This document shows positions 39,159 through 47,949 of a DNA stretch of 64,000 nt, in pieces (position 1 is the stretch's first letter; each line of letters opens with the position of its first letter). Under the pieces are notes generated by a model. It worked only from the letters and a program-made list of their open reading frames with translations. It was not told the origin of the DNA and made no database searches. The DNA is from Candidatus Daviesbacteria bacterium (GTDB taxonomy: Bacteria; Patescibacteriota; Microgenomatia; Daviesbacterales; UBA10151): contig JBEPVZ010000002.1 in assembly GCA_041690695.1 (NCBI GenBank), forward strand, positions 1,454 to 65,453. Reading direction: 5' to 3'. The translations under genes and the position numbers were made by a program.

Positions 39159-42082
39159 TTATTTTTTTGAAATGGTTTAAATATATTTTGCTACTATGTT
39201 TTTGTCTTACTCCACTAGTCTGGTTTAAGGGCCACCCCTTAGCTATTATTGATGGAGTTGATACCAACTTTCCTTTGAATCCTTTGGTCTGGTTTCTTCG
39301 GCGATTTTATGATTGGAATGATATTGGTAATGCCGGGAGCGACTTCTCTTCTTCTGTTGCCGGATTATTCTTTCATTTTATTCAACTTGTACCTTATCTT
39401 TTAGGATTTAGTCTTCATTGGGTTGAATTAATTAGCTTAATATTTTGGTTTAGTGCAATTGTCTTAGGATCATATTTCTTCGCCCGCGTAATTTTACCCA
39501 AAAATAGTCTAGCACAGCTAATTTTAGTTAGCCTTTATTCTTTTAATATCTATTTATTTAATACTTGGGAGAATGTTAAAGTTTCAAATTTATGTTTAGC
39601 TGCAGTTTTACCTGCCTTTTTAGCTCTTTTGCTTGCATTTGATAAAAGGCTACTTAATTTGTCTCGTTTAATCTTTTTAGCAACATTATTCGCAATTATA
39701 GCTTCTGGTACGGGTATTAATCCGGCTTATTTTTTGACCTTAATTATGGCAATTTTTATTTTAAGCGTTATGAGGCTATTATATGTTCCTCAAAAGCTAG
39801 AGAGAATCTTAATCTTAAAAAGTACATTTTTAGTTTTAGCAATTCTTTTTTTTGTTAACCTATTTTGGATTTTACCAACAATTAACCATTTATTATTTTC
39901 AGGCAATAAACTCACTCAAATTAGTGATATTGGATTTAATGATTGGGTTGATAGTCTGTCAGCGAATACTAGTTTATTAAATACTTTTAGATTCCAAGGA
40001 GCATGGGACTGGTATACGATTGATACTGGGTCGAGCTTACCCCTTTATATTCCATATGCAGTTAGCTATTTTAATCGATTATCCTTTTTAAGTTATAGCT
40101 TTTTATTAACAGGCTTAGCTCTCGTAGCCTATCTTTTTAGAAGGAAAGACCAGGCGGTTTTATATAGTTTTTTGGGGGTAATGGGAGTATTAGCAATCTT
40201 CCTCGGATCTGGTAGCCATCCACCAACTGGTACTTTATTCAATCTGTTAGATCGACATGTGCCTTTTTTCTCGTTTTTTCGCAGCCCTTGGTATATATTT
40301 ACTCCGCTATGGATTTTGGCAGAAGCGGGGTTAATTGCTTTACTCATTTCAAATTTAAAAATAAAATCTTCGAGATGGGCAATCGGATTATTTACTGTTC
40401 TTGTATTGGGGAATATTATTTATTGTTATCCGCTTTGGACCGGTAAAATTTTTCGTCCAAATCGACCAGATGGCTTTTATATAAACTTCCCAAATTATGT
40501 AAATCAATCAGCTAATTGGTTAAATGATAATTATAGTTCGACGAGTCCCCAACGAATCATCGCTTATCCTAATGATGAAATTGAACAGTTCAAGTGGGGA
40601 TATCGAGGAATTGAATCCATTCTTGAGCTTTTTGCTAAAAACGAGGTTTTGTTTGCTTCTATTAATGGTATTCAATCTCCGCTGGATGGTGTCGTGAACT
40701 TATTTTATCAGACTGCTGCAAAAGGCCAAAGGGAGGCTGCTTCTAATTTAGGAGAAAAGCTTAATTTAGGGCTAATCTTTCAAAAGAACGACCAGAGTTC
40801 TCTCTCACAAAAATTACCCGACAATTTTTTAGTGACAAAAGTTACTCAGTTTAATGCTTGGAGCTTCTATAAGTTTCCAAACGCGCTTCAACCTAAAATA
40901 TTTACAGCTACTAATTTAATGGCTAACTATTCGGTTAGCCCGGCCGTGATCGAGCCCTTATCGGTTTTACCGATCGATAGTTTGCTTATAAATCCTCATG
41001 ATCAAGTTGTTGCAGGAATTCCCCAGTCAAGCGATTTTACAGGCCAGGTTATTTTAACGACTAACTCTCAATTAACGGATATGACAGGGGTTAAATCAGT
41101 TGGTCCAGAATTAAACTTTCAACAAAAGGATCTATCTGTTGTTAAATTTAGTTTTAATATTCCGCAAAAAGGTTCATATCAAGTGGTTTTAGATAGATAT
41201 CAGGTCGAGCAGTTTGGAATTGACTTAAATAATAATCTTAAGATAACGCTTGATGATAATGATACCTTCTTACATCCGGATAAAGTAACAGATAGTTTTA
41301 TTTATTTTTCAGATTTAGATTTGAGCGAGGGGAATCATCAATTATCCTTTAATTTGACAGAGTCAAGTCCGATTCTTAACCAAGGCATTTTTAAGTACCA
41401 ACTAGCGACTCTAGACCCGCTATCAAGTTATTTGATTCAATTTGAATATAAATCTGACTATGCTCAAAGTAATCAATTGAAGTTAGAACAATTTAGCCCC
41501 TCATCGCCAGTTCAGTTTGTTAGTAAGCAACTTCCTTTTTCTTCAGATTGGCAGGTTTATAATCAATACTTTACACCAATCCAAACAAATTCAAAATTAA
41601 ATATTGAATTTACCAGTTTGAACACTTTGGGAAGGACGGGCAATAAAGCAATCTATCAAGGGTTAACAGTTAAAAAGGTGTTTTTAAATAACCTGTTTTT
41701 AATTAATAAATCAGATATTAAACCGCTCCAAACTTCAATAATTAATTTTAATCAGGTTTCACCTGTACTTTATACGGGAGAAGCTAAGAACGCAGATCAT
41801 CCCCAACTGCTTGTTTTCTCAGAGAATTATTCACCAAATTGGAAATTAAGTCTTTATGATGATAATGGAGAGTCACTTATTGTTAAGCCGCTTCATTTCA
41901 CAGCCAATAATTATGCAAATGCTTGGTATATCGAAGGAGTTCCTTCGAGCTATCATTTTAAAATTTATTATACTCCTCAAAGTATTTTAAACCTTGGATT
42001 TTTAATTTCAGGTTTAACAGTTCTTATTAGTTTGGTTTTTGCTCTTCTGCAGATTAAAAAACACAAGTTAAGCAAAAAATGA
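39155..42082 (+). CDS. very large membrane protein with YfhO-like architecture (N-terminal TM bundle, large ectodomain, single C-terminal TM anchor)
   Basis: 975 aa. About 13 TMs in the first roughly 430 aa and about 500 aa of hydrophilic domain. A C-terminal TM (GFLISGLTVLISLVFALL) is followed by basic residues KKHKLSKK. Confidence 0.45.
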   Translation: MIIFLKWFKYILLLCFCLTPLVWFKGHPLAIIDGVDTNFPLNPLVWFLRRFYDWNDIGNAGSDFSSSVAGLFFHFIQLVPYLLGFSLHWVELISLIFWFSAIVLGSYFFARVILPKNSLAQLILVSLYSFNIYLFNTWENVKVSNLCLAAVLPAFLALLLAFDKRLLNLSRLIFLATLFAIIASGTGINPAYFLTLIMAIFILSVMRLLYVPQKLERILILKSTFLVLAILFFVNLFWILPTINHLLFSGNKLTQISDIGFNDWVDSLSANTSLLNTFRFQGAWDWYTIDTGSSLPLYIPYAVSYFNRLSFLSYSFLLTGLALVAYLFRRKDQAVLYSFLGVMGVLAIFLGSGSHPPTGTLFNLLDRHVPFFSFFRSPWYIFTPLWILAEAGLIALLISNLKIKSSRWAIGLFTVLVLGNIIYCYPLWTGKIFRPNRPDGFYINFPNYVNQSANWLNDNYSSTSPQRIIAYPNDEIEQFKWGYRGIESILELFAKNEVLFASINGIQSPLDGVVNLFYQTAAKGQREAASNLGEKLNLGLIFQKNDQSSLSQKLPDNFLVTKVTQFNAWSFYKFPNALQPKIFTATNLMANYSVSPAVIEPLSVLPIDSLLINPHDQVVAGIPQSSDFTGQVILTTNSQLTDMTGVKSVGPELNFQQKDLSVVKFSFNIPQKGSYQVVLDRYQVEQFGIDLNNNLKITLDDNDTFLHPDKVTDSFIYFSDLDLSEGNHQLSFNLTESSPILNQGIFKYQLATLDPLSSYLIQFEYKSDYAQSNQLKLEQFSPSSPVQFVSKQLPFSSDWQVYNQYFTPIQTNSKLNIEFTSLNTLGRTGNKAIYQGLTVKKVFLNNLFLINKSDIKPLQTSIINFNQVSPVLYTGEAKNADHPQLLVFSENYSPNWKLSLYDDNGESLIVKPLHFTANNYANAWYIEGVPSSYHFKIYYTPQSILNLGFLISGLTVLISLVFALLQIKKHKLSKK

Positions 42083-42447
42083 TCAAAACTTTTCTAAAAT
42101 CCCTTAATATTTGGAAACCTACAATTGAAGATTGGGCACGAAATCATGTTTTAGGGTTATTTATTTTTAACTTAATTTTAATGTTATTAATATTGCTACA
42201 TTCAGCGGGTTATTTTGCGCCATATCTTGAAATTACAATTAACCTCATTTTCTTTATATGCTTACTTGCCTTAATTTTATTATTAAAAGCTACGAGCAAA
42301 GTTATCTTTATTATTGCGATTGCCTTTTGGATATTTGCGGGAGTACTTAGAATTATTGGAATCGATATTTGGGCAGAGCGAACAGCTATTTATACTTTTG
42401 AGGGTTTTTTAGTAGGGGTCTTTCTCCAAATAATCGAGGATAAATAA
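42079..42447 (+). CDS. small 4-TM membrane protein, GtrA-like in size and topology
   Basis: 122 aa with four hydrophobic helices. It sits between two YfhO-like genes with 4-bp overlaps. No sequence motif confirmed. Confidence 0.4.
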   Translation: MIKTFLKSLNIWKPTIEDWARNHVLGLFIFNLILMLLILLHSAGYFAPYLEITINLIFFICLLALILLLKATSKVIFIIAIAFWIFAGVLRIIGIDIWAERTAIYTFEGFLVGVFLQIIEDK

Positions 42448-42468
42448 GTCTAATGATTTATTTTTTTA

Positions 42469-45123
42469 TTGCGGGTAGTGAATCTTTTAGCTACAATTGA
42501 GATCACCAAAATGAAAAAATGGATTCTAGTAATTATCCCATTCCTAATTATTTTTCAATCTTTTTTTAGTGGCTCACATCTAGTATGGGGCGATTCACCA
42601 TACTTTTATCCTGAAAATTTAAAAGAATTATTCTCTTTGCCGCAAGCATGGGATAATCGTACTGATAATTTTGGTGGGCCGCAGAACTTAGTTTTATGGT
42701 TATATTTTCCAACTTTTTTGTACGGTCTCATTAACCACTTTTTAGGATTAAGTAATGATTGGTTAATTAGAATAATTTTTTACTTTCCGGCTACGATTCT
42801 TGGTATAAGTGGCTGTTATTTCTTTTTAAAGCGCTATACCCAAAATACTATCTCCCAACTTTTCGGAAGTTTAATCTATTTATTTAATAGCTATTTTTTA
42901 TTATTGATCGATGGAGGACAAGTTGGTGTTGCGCTCGCATATGGATTATTTCCATGGGTGGTATATTTAGGATTAAGTTTTTTAAACAAAAATAAACTCC
43001 AAAGTTATCTGGCGAGTTTAATGGCTCTAATTCTCATAACGAATATTGATTTAAGAGTTGCGATATTGTCGGTTGGGATGATTATCGTATTAAGCCTGTT
43101 TGATTTTAAAATTCCAAAGCGTTGTATCTTAAAAGGTCTGACACTTTTATTTGTTCCAATTATTTTAATAGATGCTTTTTGGCTTATACCACTTCTTCAG
43201 GCGACGGTATCATCACAGATTATCGCTATTCCACTTGTACAAGACTTAAAAACGACGACATTACTCGATAGTTTAGTACTTTTTCAACCACATTTCCCTT
43301 TGAATGAATTTGGGCATATCTTTCCGATCCCATTTTATTATTTTGTCTTACCGCTGTTGTTAATTATTGGTGGACTATTAAAAAAGGATAATAAGTATTT
43401 ACTCATTTTATTTTTGTGTTTCGCCTTTTTAGCCAAGGGTTCTACCTTTCCGTTTGGCAAAATTTATGATTTTTTGGTAACTAAACTTCCATTCGGAATT
43501 GCATTTCGTGATTCAACTAAGTTTTATATTCCTTTAATAATGTTGGCCAGTATTCTATTAGCATTTTTTGTTGATTATCTTAAAAAGTTAAAATATTGTG
43601 GAGTTTATTTAGCGCTGTTATATATTTATTTACTTATTCTAATTTACCCAAGCTTAATCGGAGGTCTGACAGGAGTTTTAAGTAAAAATACCACCAATAC
43701 TGATCAAGACACCATGATCTATCAATTGCTAAAGACCAAAAGTGATGTTAGAAGTTTATGGTTTCCTGAAAAATTACCGTTAGCTTTTAGTAGCCAGCAA
43801 GTTCCGGCTATTTCGGCGGATAGCTTGTATTTAGAAAGACCATTTGCATCCATGATCGATGGCACATATGATTTATACAACTATCTAAATAGTCCTCAAC
43901 TTATTCCCTGGCTTAAATTAGTTGGCACTCAGTATTTATTCTTTCCGGAAAATGATCGTAAAAAAACTTGGTCAAATCAAGATGTCTTAGAGAGACAGCA
44001 GTTTATAAGCTTTGTTGATAAAGTATTCTCCACCGAGCAAAGGCTTAGTTTAAATTATCCGGCTTTTAAATTAGATCAGGTTGCATCTCACTTTTTTACG
44101 GTTCCTAAAGTTTATTTTGTGCTGGGCGGGGAAGAGCTTTATAATCAGATTTTTAGAGATAAACCTAATTTTAATTTAGCTAATCAAGGTTTTGTCTTTT
44201 TAGAAGATCCTCGGTTAAACCTTAATCAGTTAAATATGATTAAACAGGGTGATGCTTCAACAATTATATTGGGTAATAAGACTCGAGATGACTTGGCGAT
44301 GGTTTACCTTAACCAAAGCTTATTGAGTGACAAAGCTGTTGTAACTAAAAAGTGGGGTCAAAGATCTGGGGCAGAATATTTAGATTGGAAAAGTGAGTTA
44401 TTAAAAGGTGGAGTTAGAACATATGATTTTGCCAATTCAAGCTCAGTTTATTTTTCTTCAATTAATGGTGAGCTACTGAGTTACAAAAGTAATTTGAGAG
44501 AGGGAGATTATGAGTTGGCGATAAGAAATACTTCAGCTTCAGATAGCGCTAAGTTAAGATTAGAAATTAACAATCAATCTTTCGATGTGAAGGCAAAAAG
44601 TTCAAATCAGTTTACTTGGCAAATAATTGGGCCGATTCATTTATCAGGTAATCAAAAATTAGATATTACCAATCTAGGTGGTTTTCAGGCTATTAATGGA
44701 GTGGCAATTATTAATCAAGATAGTTTGAGTTGGGCTAGAAGCCAAGCAGATCAGCTCCTCAGCCGTTTGCCGCCAGCTCAACTAACAGATATTGAGGCAA
44801 GCTCCGATAAATTTGGTTTGGCTGATGATCAATTTATTAATCTTACGGAACATCGACTTAATTTAAGATCTTCAGATAATTGGTTAATTATGACCGATCA
44901 TTATGATTCTGGTTGGAAGATCAATCCAAGTTCAATCAATTTACCTGGATATGCCATGTTTAATGCCATTTATTTAAGTTCGCACACAGCAGACCAGCTG
45001 ATTGATTTAAAATATCAGCCTCAAAGGACCGTTGATCTTGGTTTAAGAGTATCTTTATTGTCAGCTGTCGTTTTACTATTATGTTTAGGTGGATATTATT
45101 TAAAAAAAAGACATGAATATTAG
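42469..45123 (+). CDS. very large membrane protein with YfhO-like architecture
   Basis: 884 aa. N-terminal TM bundle, roughly 400-aa ectodomain, and a C-terminal TM (LLSAVVLLLCLGGYYL) followed by KKRHEY. The true start may be the ATG at 42511 (MKKWILVII). Confidence 0.45.
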   Translation: MRVVNLLATIEITKMKKWILVIIPFLIIFQSFFSGSHLVWGDSPYFYPENLKELFSLPQAWDNRTDNFGGPQNLVLWLYFPTFLYGLINHFLGLSNDWLIRIIFYFPATILGISGCYFFLKRYTQNTISQLFGSLIYLFNSYFLLLIDGGQVGVALAYGLFPWVVYLGLSFLNKNKLQSYLASLMALILITNIDLRVAILSVGMIIVLSLFDFKIPKRCILKGLTLLFVPIILIDAFWLIPLLQATVSSQIIAIPLVQDLKTTTLLDSLVLFQPHFPLNEFGHIFPIPFYYFVLPLLLIIGGLLKKDNKYLLILFLCFAFLAKGSTFPFGKIYDFLVTKLPFGIAFRDSTKFYIPLIMLASILLAFFVDYLKKLKYCGVYLALLYIYLLILIYPSLIGGLTGVLSKNTTNTDQDTMIYQLLKTKSDVRSLWFPEKLPLAFSSQQVPAISADSLYLERPFASMIDGTYDLYNYLNSPQLIPWLKLVGTQYLFFPENDRKKTWSNQDVLERQQFISFVDKVFSTEQRLSLNYPAFKLDQVASHFFTVPKVYFVLGGEELYNQIFRDKPNFNLANQGFVFLEDPRLNLNQLNMIKQGDASTIILGNKTRDDLAMVYLNQSLLSDKAVVTKKWGQRSGAEYLDWKSELLKGGVRTYDFANSSSVYFSSINGELLSYKSNLREGDYELAIRNTSASDSAKLRLEINNQSFDVKAKSSNQFTWQIIGPIHLSGNQKLDITNLGGFQAINGVAIINQDSLSWARSQADQLLSRLPPAQLTDIEASSDKFGLADDQFINLTEHRLNLRSSDNWLIMTDHYDSGWKINPSSINLPGYAMFNAIYLSSHTADQLIDLKYQPQRTVDLGLRVSLLSAVVLLLCLGGYYLKKRHEY

Positions 45124-46375
45124 TCAGATTTTAAAAACTAAAACTATTTCCCATATTTCAATTAGTACTTTCGGGACTCTTTTAAATGGAATTTTGGGTG
45201 CATTATTTTTTATTATCTTAGCCAAAGCTTTGGGCCCTTCAGATTTTGGGTTATTTGCTGTGGCTATCGCAACCTTAACTTTAATCTCGGATATTGCTGA
45301 CTCGGGAATTAATACAGGACTAATTAATTTTATAAGTAGGCATTTATCATCAAATACTGATCAAGCCTATCGTTTCTTAAAACTCGGTTTAGAAATCAAG
45401 ATAATAATCTGGTTAATCATTTTGCCAATTGGGTGGTTACTGGCACCTTTCCTGTGTCAGACTATTTTTCAAAAACAGGAATTAATTAATCCAATTCGGG
45501 TGATGATGATCGGGGTTGGAGGAGCACTTTTATTCTCCTTTGCAACCAATGCCCTCCAAGCTCTTCAGAAATTTTGGGCATGGAGTTTTCTAAATATTCT
45601 AAGTAATGGGTTACGCTTAATCCTAATTGGTTATCTTGTCTTAATTGGTCGACTTAGTCTCCCTAATGTTTTGTGGGTTTATGTGGGTATTTTATTCCTG
45701 GGGTTTTTTATAGGCTTGAAGTTTCTACCTTTAAGATTCTTAAAAGTTACTAATGAAAAATCAGTTGGCAGAGAATTCTTTCACTATAATAAATGGATTG
45801 CTTTATTTACGATTTTAGCAGCACTTTCTTCAAGATTAGATACTTTTTTAACGGCCCGCTTAGTCACAACTGCTCAACTTGGAATCTATTCAGTGGCTGT
45901 TCAATTATCTTCGGCAGTTCCACAACTAGTTTTTGCGATAGCAGCGGCGATTGCGCCTAAACTGGCTAGTTTTACGACTGATCAACAAGCTAAAAGTTAT
46001 TTAATGAAACTTCAGCTACTTGTTATTGGTATTGCCTTACTTGGAACTGTTAGTTTCCCAATCGCTTACTACTTCTTCCCTTGGCTTGGTCCAGTTTATC
46101 AAGCAAGTATTATGCCATTTATTATTTTAATGGTGGCTCAATTAATATTCTTAATTGCCATCCCGACTCATCAAGTGATCTTCTATTACTTTCAGAAACC
46201 TAACTTCTTTTTTAAGGTCTCATTAATTAGATTTTTTCTAACCCTTGGAGCAGGTTACTTCTTAATTTTAAATTATGGAATTATTGGGGCAGCTTTAGCG
46301 GTTCTAATTGGTAGTTTATCGGATTTCATTTTACCCGCGGTTTGGGTTATTTATCGATTCAATAGACGTAAATAA
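45113..46375 (+). CDS. Wzx-like oligosaccharide flippase (MOP superfamily), second copy
   Basis: 420 aa with about 12 TMs. The N-terminus LLNGILGALFFIILAKALGPSDFGLFAVAIA is Wzx-like. Confidence 0.55.
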   Translation: MNISQILKTKTISHISISTFGTLLNGILGALFFIILAKALGPSDFGLFAVAIATLTLISDIADSGINTGLINFISRHLSSNTDQAYRFLKLGLEIKIIIWLIILPIGWLLAPFLCQTIFQKQELINPIRVMMIGVGGALLFSFATNALQALQKFWAWSFLNILSNGLRLILIGYLVLIGRLSLPNVLWVYVGILFLGFFIGLKFLPLRFLKVTNEKSVGREFFHYNKWIALFTILAALSSRLDTFLTARLVTTAQLGIYSVAVQLSSAVPQLVFAIAAAIAPKLASFTTDQQAKSYLMKLQLLVIGIALLGTVSFPIAYYFFPWLGPVYQASIMPFIILMVAQLIFLIAIPTHQVIFYYFQKPNFFFKVSLIRFFLTLGAGYFLILNYGIIGAALAVLIGSLSDFILPAVWVIYRFNRRK

Positions 46376-47196
46376 TGAAAAAACTTTGGGCAAATGTTTT
46401 AGTTAAGAATGAGGATCGCTATCTCTGGTTTGCGATCATGAGTGTTATTGAGCATGTTGATAAGGTTTTAGTCTGGGATACTGGAAGTTATGATCAAACA
46501 ATATTTATTATTGAGGAGCTTCAAAAGAAATATCCCCAAAAAATTATATATGCTAAAAAAGGTCTTCATTCTCCAGAGGGGGTCTCAAAACTTAGACAAG
46601 AGATGCTGGAAGCTAGTCTTTCAGATTGGATTTTAATTTTAGATGGTGATGAGGTTTGGTGGAAAGATTCTTTAGAAGAGATCCACAAAATTATTAATAA
46701 TTCTAACAATAATCTCTACGCATTAGTTAATCCAACGATTAATTTAATAGGCGATATTTACCATTATCAACCGGCTGAAGCGGGGCAGTATCAAATTTTG
46801 GGTAAAAAGGGTCATTTAAATATTAGATTTATTAATAAACGTACGCCTGGGCTACATGTTAGTGGAATTTATCCGAATGAAGGATTTTATAATAGTGATA
46901 ATATTTTAATTCAAAACTTGGATAGTCATTTAAAATATGTGGATTTGCCATTATTACATTTTACTCACCTGGCACGTTCAACAAAATTTAATAATCCTAA
47001 ACAAAAATATGAACTTGGTAAGACATTTCCCTCTACATTTAAATATCCTGAATCATTAAATCAAAACCGACCGGTATTTGTAATTAGCCCATGGAAAACG
47101 AGAACAAAAGGCTATATTATGAGGGCAGGTTTTGAGACACCGTTAAAAAAGCTTAAAAGGAGAGCGGTTAAGGTTAAACTTAAGATTTTGAAGTAA
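46375..47196 (+). CDS. GT2-like glycosyltransferase (group A-like)
   Basis: ANVLVKNEDRYLWFAIMSVIEHVDKVLVWDTGSYDQT...ILDGDEVW parallels the 4558 and 6306 paralogs. Confidence 0.55.
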   Translation: MKKLWANVLVKNEDRYLWFAIMSVIEHVDKVLVWDTGSYDQTIFIIEELQKKYPQKIIYAKKGLHSPEGVSKLRQEMLEASLSDWILILDGDEVWWKDSLEEIHKIINNSNNNLYALVNPTINLIGDIYHYQPAEAGQYQILGKKGHLNIRFINKRTPGLHVSGIYPNEGFYNSDNILIQNLDSHLKYVDLPLLHFTHLARSTKFNNPKQKYELGKTFPSTFKYPESLNQNRPVFVISPWKTRTKGYIMRAGFETPLKKLKRRAVKVKLKILK

Positions 47197-47199
47197 AAT

Positions 47200-47949
47200 A
47201 TGTACCGCGGAAAATCAGTTTCAATTGCAATCGCGACTTACCGCGAAAAAAACTCGATCAGGCAAGTTATTGATAATTTTTTTGAGACTGGTTTTGTTGA
47301 TGAAGTTATTGTGGTTAACAATAATGCTGAAAAAGGTACTGACCAGGAAGTTAAAAAAACTAAGGCTAAAATAATCTATGAGACCAGGCAAGGATATGGT
47401 TATGCCTTTCAAGCGGCTATTAAATCGGCCACTGGAGACTATGTTGTTGTTTGTGAACCAGATGGGACATTTTTAGCAAAAGATTTAGAACGATTTTTAA
47501 TTTATGCTGAAGATTTCGAAGTAGTTTTAGGAACAAGGACAAGCCAGATCGGTTCGTTATCTGGTCGGGGAATGGGTCTGGCTCGAAAGTTTGCTAATGT
47601 TATTGAGGCAAAAACGATAGAAGTTTTATTTAATAGTTTTGCTTTAACCGATGTTGGTTGTGCCTATAAATTATTTAGACGTCAAGCTTTAAAAAAGATT
47701 ATTCCTTTGTGGAAAAATGAAAAGTCCCCTTTATTTAATACTGAATTAATTTTATTAACGGTCAGCCTAAAACTAAAGTTCGTTGAAATTCCAATCTCTT
47801 ATAATAAGCGTATTGGAACCTCATCAATTGTTGGTAAACGCTACCAAGTTATCAAATGGGCTTTTGTTATCCAATTTTATATTTTTATATTTTGGCTAAA
47901 ATGGTTGATTTTAAAAATGGAGAAGACTAGTAAAAGATCTAAAATTTAA
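47200..47949 (+). CDS. GT2 glycosyltransferase, DPM1/GtrB-like with a C-terminal TM (probable polyprenyl-phosphate sugar synthase)
   Basis: VSIAIATYREKNSI...VIVVNNNAEKGT...QGYGYAFQAAIKSATGDYVVVCEPDGTF. A C-terminal hydrophobic helix (WAFVIQFYIFIFWLKWLIL). Its stop shares a TTAA with the stop of the convergent gene. Confidence 0.55.
   Translation: MYRGKSVSIAIATYREKNSIRQVIDNFFETGFVDEVIVVNNNAEKGTDQEVKKTKAKIIYETRQGYGYAFQAAIKSATGDYVVVCEPDGTFLAKDLERFLIYAEDFEVVLGTRTSQIGSLSGRGMGLARKFANVIEAKTIEVLFNSFALTDVGCAYKLFRRQALKKIIPLWKNEKSPLFNTELILLTVSLKLKFVEIPISYNKRIGTSSIVGKRYQVIKWAFVIQFYIFIFWLKWLILKMEKTSKRSKI

Noticed and set aside
43236-43245. 10-bp palindrome CTTGTACAAG inside the 42469..45123 coding sequence
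   Set aside because: It is intragenic with no partner site or regulatory context. It is compatible with chance in AT-rich coding DNA.
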